DNA from: an uncultured Microthrixaceae bacterium
GTDB taxonomy: Bacteria > Actinomycetota > Acidimicrobiia > Acidimicrobiales > VFJN01
Assembly (NCBI GenBank): GCA_963750645.1
Contig: CAVVRO010000001.1
Coordinates: forward strand, 72,049 to 136,048
Reading direction: 5' to 3'
DNA length: 64,000 bases
Part shown: piece by piece, positions 59,894-64,000 of the stretch
Layout: each line of letters starts with the position of its first letter
Position numbering within the stretch: the stretch's first letter is position 1
Notes under the pieces: model-generated
Database searches by the model: none
What the model was told of the DNA's origin: nothing
The model's input: only the letters and a program-made list of their open reading frames with translations
Position numbers and translations under genes: made by a program

Positions 59894-60919
59894 ATGCCTG
59901 ACGATCTCTGCTCGATCGGTTACGGGGACCGCTGGGCTGCGCTCCTCGCCGAGCACGGGCCGGCGGCCGAACCCGGCCGCGTGCTGCGCCACGACGGCGT
60001 CGCCGTGCACGTCCGAACGCCCACCGGTGACCGCAGCGTGAAGCTGCGACGAGGCGTCGACGCCGTCACCGTGGGCGACTGGCTCGCGCTCGACGGCGAG
60101 CAGGTGCTCGGGCTGCTGCCCCGAGCCTCGCTGCTCCGGCGGCGCGCCGCCGGTGGCGAGGACCAGCAGATCCTCGCCGCCAACGTCGACCTCGTCCTGA
60201 TCGTGTGCGGCGTCGATCGCCGGATCACCGCCGGCCGGATCCAGCGCGGCGAGGCGCTGGCCTGGGACGCCGGTGCCACCCCGATCCTGGTCCTCACGAA
60301 GGCCGATCTCGCCGACGATCTCCCCGGCACCATCGCAGGCGTCGAGGCCGAGCACGCCGCGCTCGAGTGCTTCGTCACGTCGTCCGCCGACGGCCGGGGC
60401 ATCGGCGAGCTCCGGACCCGGCTGGTCGGCGCCACCTCCGTGCTGCTGGGCGAGTCCGGTGCGGGGAAGTCACGACTCGTGAACGCGCTGCTCGACGCCG
60501 ACGTCGCGGTCGTCGGTGACGTTCGGGTCGGCGACTCGAAGGGACGACACACGACGACGAACCGCCAGCTCCACCTGCTCCCCACCGGTGGCGTCATCAT
60601 CGACTCCCCAGGCATCCGTGAGGTGGGGCTGGCCGGTGACGAGACGTCCGTGGACGCCACGTTCGTCGACGTCGAGGACGTCGCCACGACCTGCCACTTC
60701 AACGACTGCACCCACGCCGGCGAGCCGGGCTGTGCCGTCGCCCTCGCCGTGGAGGCGGGCGAGCTCTCCCAGGGGCGCGTCGACGCCTACCAGGCGCTGC
60801 GGGCCGAGGCCGCGGCCGCGGCGCGGCGCGCCGACGAGCACGAGCGGCGCGCCCACGAACGTCGCTTCAGCAAGGCCGTGAAGACCTACATGAAGCACAA
60901 GCCCGACCACAAGCCGTGA
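59894..60919 (+). CDS. rsgA: ribosome small-subunit-dependent GTPase A
   Basis: NVDLVLIV, LTKADL, GESGAGKSRLVNAL, GRHTTT, DSPGIRE and Zn knuckle CHFNDCTHAGEPGCAV. ATG 59894 lies inside track ORF 59840-60919. Confidence 0.9.
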   Translation: MPDDLCSIGYGDRWAALLAEHGPAAEPGRVLRHDGVAVHVRTPTGDRSVKLRRGVDAVTVGDWLALDGEQVLGLLPRASLLRRRAAGGEDQQILAANVDLVLIVCGVDRRITAGRIQRGEALAWDAGATPILVLTKADLADDLPGTIAGVEAEHAALECFVTSSADGRGIGELRTRLVGATSVLLGESGAGKSRLVNALLDADVAVVGDVRVGDSKGRHTTTNRQLHLLPTGGVIIDSPGIREVGLAGDETSVDATFVDVEDVATTCHFNDCTHAGEPGCAVALAVEAGELSQGRVDAYQALRAEAAAAARRADEHERRAHERRFSKAVKTYMKHKPDHKP

Positions 60920-62574
60920 CGAACGGGCGGATCCGTCAGGCGGCCGCAGCCTTCCGGGACAACTGGCGGGTCCCGAACCTGCGTCGCGCCCAGCTGTCCT
61001 TCGGGAGTGCCTTCGCCGCCGAGTGGGCGCTCACAGTCGGGTTGGGGATCCTCGCGTTCCGCACCGGCGGCACCACGGCCGTCGGCGTCGTGGCGATGGT
61101 CCGGATGCTCCCGTCCGTGGTGGTGGCACCCCTGATCGCCGGGGTGCTGGACCGTCATCGGCGTGAGCGGGTTCTCGCGGCGGTGTGCCTCATCCGCGGC
61201 GCGGCGCTGGCTGTTGCAGCGCTGTCCGTGGCGGTGCTCGACCTCGCGGTGCCGGCGTACCTCTGCGCGGCCCTCGCCACCCTCGCCCACACGCTCTACC
61301 GACCCGCGCACTCGGCGCTGCTGCCGTCGCTGTGCACGACGCCCACCGAGCTGACCTCGGCCAACGTGGTGCGGGGCCTGCTCGACTCGCTCAGTGCCCT
61401 CCTGGGACCCCTCGCGGCTGGTGTCCTCGTCGCGGTCCTGGACGTGCAAGGGGTGCTGGCGGGCGCGTCGCTGGCGGCGTTGTGGGCGGGCTGGCTGATC
61501 GCGCGCGTCGACTACGAGGCTCCTCCGCGGCTCGCCGCGGCGGCGCCCACCAGCCCGAGCCGCGACATCCGAGAGAGCGTGGAGGTGATCCGCCTCCAGC
61601 CGGCCGTGGGTGTGCTGTGCGCCCTGTTCTGCACGCAGACCTTCACCCGGGGGTGCTTCAGCGTCCTCGCCGTGGTGATCTCGATCCAGCTCCTCGACCT
61701 CGGCGAGTCAGGCGTCGGCCTGCTCATGGCCGCCTTCGGTGGCGGTGCCGTCGTCGGGTCCTTCGTGTCGGCCCTGCTGATCGGCAGGACCGGCTTCGCA
61801 CGCTGGTTCGGCCTGGGCATCGCGCTCTGGGGCATCCCGTTCGCCCTGCTGGCGCCGGTGTCCCAGCCCGGCCTCGCCTGCGCGCTGCTCGGGGTCGTGG
61901 GGGTCGCCAATGCCGTGGTGGACGTGACCGGGTTCACGCTCCTGCAGCGCCTGGTCCCCGACTCGGTCATGGGCCGGTTCTTCGCGGCGTTCGAAGCGGC
62001 CCTCGCCCTCGGCGTGGCGCTCGGGTCCATCGCGGTGGCGGGTCTGATCGCGCTGGTCGATGAACGTGGCGCGCTCGTGGTGGTCGGGTTGGTGGCGCCG
62101 ACCGCCGTGGCGGTCTCGTGGCTCGTGCTGCGCCGGCTCGACCGCTCGCTCGAGGTGGCGGATGTGGTCCTCGACGACCTCCAGGCTCTCGACATGTTCC
62201 GCCCGCTCCCGATGGCCTCGATCGCGGCGCTGGCCGCCGCGGTGGTCGACGAGCGCGCCGAAGCAGGCGAGGTCGTCGTGGCGCAGGGGACTGCCGGCGA
62301 CGACGTCTTCGTGATCGTCGACGGAGACGCCGAGGTGCTGGTCGACGACCGGCGCGTGGCCGTGATGCGACCGGGGGAGTGCTTCGGTGAGATCGCCGCG
62401 CTCGGTGGGGGGGTTCGCACCTCCACCGTGCGGGCGACGGGAGCGCTCACCCTTCATCGGCTCCCTGGCCGTACGTTCGTGAGCACCGTGACGGGGTACA
62501 CGCCGAGCCTCGCGGCGGCAGAGGTCCTCGTCGAGGAGCGGCGCGGCCGGTCGATGCCGGCGGGCGAGCCGTGA
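60916..62574 (+). CDS. MFS transporter fused to a C-terminal cyclic-nucleotide-binding domain
   Basis: About 12 hydrophobic helices, then the cNMP domain MFRPLPMASIAALA...GECFGEIAALGGGVRTSTVRA. GTGA overlaps with rsgA (5') and hrpA (3'). Confidence 0.85.
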   Translation: MTNGRIRQAAAAFRDNWRVPNLRRAQLSFGSAFAAEWALTVGLGILAFRTGGTTAVGVVAMVRMLPSVVVAPLIAGVLDRHRRERVLAAVCLIRGAALAVAALSVAVLDLAVPAYLCAALATLAHTLYRPAHSALLPSLCTTPTELTSANVVRGLLDSLSALLGPLAAGVLVAVLDVQGVLAGASLAALWAGWLIARVDYEAPPRLAAAAPTSPSRDIRESVEVIRLQPAVGVLCALFCTQTFTRGCFSVLAVVISIQLLDLGESGVGLLMAAFGGGAVVGSFVSALLIGRTGFARWFGLGIALWGIPFALLAPVSQPGLACALLGVVGVANAVVDVTGFTLLQRLVPDSVMGRFFAAFEAALALGVALGSIAVAGLIALVDERGALVVVGLVAPTAVAVSWLVLRRLDRSLEVADVVLDDLQALDMFRPLPMASIAALAAAVVDERAEAGEVVVAQGTAGDDVFVIVDGDAEVLVDDRRVAVMRPGECFGEIAALGGGVRTSTVRATGALTLHRLPGRTFVSTVTGYTPSLAAAEVLVEERRGRSMPAGEP

Positions 62575-64000
62575 CCGACCTCGACCGGCTCGAGCGCCGG
62601 CGCGCAGCCCTCCCCGTGCCGCGCTATCCCGAGCTGCCCGTGGTCGCCCACCGCGAGGCGATCCTCGCCGCCATCCGGGACCACCAGGTGGTGGTGGTGG
62701 CCGGCGAGACGGGCTCCGGCAAGAGCACCCAGCTCCCGAAGCTCTGCCTCGAGCTGGGGCTTGGCGTCCGGGGACTGATCGGTCACACGCAGCCTCGCCG
62801 GCTGGCGGCTCGAGCCATCTCCGAGCGGATCGCCGAGGAGCTCGGCACCGAGATCGGCCAGGCCGTCGGCTACACCGTCCGCTTCAACGACCGCGTCGGC
62901 CCTGACACCTACATCAAGGTCATGACCGACGGCATCCTGCTCGCCGAGATCCAGCGCGACCGGCGGCTGCGCGCGTATGAGGTGCTGATCATCGACGAGG
63001 CGCACGAGCGCAGCCTCAACATCGACTTCCTGCTCGGGTACCTCCACCAGCTCCTGCCCGAGCGCCCCGACCTCAAGGTGATCATCACCTCCGCGACGAT
63101 CGACACCGAGCGCTTCGCGGCCCACTTCGACGGCGCACCCGTCGTCGAGGTGTCCGGGCGCTCCTACCCGGTCGACGTCCGCTACCGGCCTGTGGGCGAG
63201 GAGGAAGGGGACGACCGCGACCAGACCCAGGCGATCTGCGACGCCGTGCAGGAGCTCATGCGGCTGGGTCCGGGCGACATCCTCGTGTTCCTCTCGGGGG
63301 AGCGCGAGATCCGGGACACGGCAGAGGCGCTCGGTCGGCTCGATCTGGCGGGCACCGAGCTCCTGCCGCTGTACGCGCGCCTGTCGGCGGCGGAGCAGCA
63401 CCGGGTGTTCGCACCGCACCGCGGACGGCGGGTCGTGCTGGCGACCAACGTCGCCGAGACGTCCCTCACCGTTCCGGGGATCATCGGTGTGGTCGATCCG
63501 GGCACGGCGCGGATCTCCCGCTACAACCGCCGCACCAAGGTGCAGCGCCTGCCCATCGAGGCGATCTCCCGGGCGTCCGCCGCGCAGCGCGCCGGCCGCT
63601 GCGGGCGGATCGCGCCGGGCACGTGCATCCGGCTGTACTCCGAGGAGGACTTCGACGCCCGCCCCGAGTTCACCGAGCCGGAGATCCTCCGTACGAACCT
63701 GGCCTCGGTCATCCTCCAGATGGCGGCCCTCGGCCTCGGTGACGTGGCCGCCTTCCCGTTCGTCGAGCCCCCCGACGCCCGCAGCGTCAAGGATGGCATC
63801 CTCCTCCTCGAGGAGCTCGGCGCGCTCGACCGGGGCGGCTCCCGCGACCACGTGCGCCTCACCAAGGTCGGGCGCCGGTTGGCCCGGATCCCGGCCGACC
63901 CTCGGCTGGCCCGCATGGTGCTCGAGGCCGACCGCCACGGCGTGGTGGGGGAGGTCCTGGTCGTGGCGGCGGCGCTGTCGATCCAGGATCCGCGGGAGCG
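62571..64000 (+). CDS. hrpA: ATP-dependent RNA helicase HrpA (5' part, runs off window)
   Basis: Open frame from GTG 62571 to the window end. Motifs VVVAGETGSGKSTQLPK, IIDEAHERSLNIDFL, ITSATID, LATNVAETSLTVPG and QRAGRCGR. Absent from the track because no stop is reached. Confidence 0.9.
   Translation, partial: MTDLDRLERRRAALPVPRYPELPVVAHREAILAAIRDHQVVVVAGETGSGKSTQLPKLCLELGLGVRGLIGHTQPRRLAARAISERIAEELGTEIGQAVGYTVRFNDRVGPDTYIKVMTDGILLAEIQRDRRLRAYEVLIIDEAHERSLNIDFLLGYLHQLLPERPDLKVIITSATIDTERFAAHFDGAPVVEVSGRSYPVDVRYRPVGEEEGDDRDQTQAICDAVQELMRLGPGDILVFLSGEREIRDTAEALGRLDLAGTELLPLYARLSAAEQHRVFAPHRGRRVVLATNVAETSLTVPGIIGVVDPGTARISRYNRRTKVQRLPIEAISRASAAQRAGRCGRIAPGTCIRLYSEEDFDARPEFTEPEILRTNLASVILQMAALGLGDVAAFPFVEPPDARSVKDGILLLEELGALDRGGSRDHVRLTKVGRRLARIPADPRLARMVLEADRHGVVGEVLVVAAALSIQDPRE

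Overview
High-GC (roughly 70% by eye) Actinomycetota-type chromosomal segment, densely coding on both strands. I saw no rRNA, tRNA, CRISPR array, transposase or integrase.

Recognisable core genes:
- pyruvate dehydrogenase E1 (aceE)
- an lpdA / E2 acyltransferase / lipB-lipA lipoate block
- a hydantoinase/oxoprolinase A+B pair
- two TrkA genes
- Ku + stand-alone LigD polymerase domain + HU
- RsgA, a partial HrpA and a short UvrA paralog

Unusual content:
1. An SdpA/SdpB-like (DUF5819 + HTTM) pair translationally coupled to an HhH-GPD-like protein, with no visible peptide substrate.
2. RNase HI fused to a YpsA/DUF1273 SLOG domain.
3. A circularly permuted ATP-grasp / alpha-E / transglutaminase triad.
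4. lipB and lipA in one 601-codon ORF.
5. An ECF42-type sigma factor with its DGPF partner and a candidate cognate promoter.
6. A cyclase-AAA-TPR protein coupled to an MpaB-like oxygenase.
7. A LuxR-type STAND regulator broken by about 7 frame changes, a PFOR gene broken by at least 2, and two more single frameshifts.
8. Dispersed families of GC-rich intergenic hairpin repeats, including a compensatory stem change between copies and a perfect 34-bp tandem duplication.
9. A candidate structured leader/ncRNA with an SD-sequestering helix and a 14-codon Cys-Cys uORF.

Many long ORFs in the supplied track are high-GC antisense or out-of-frame artefacts and were not called. All family assignments come from motif recognition by eye; no searches were run.
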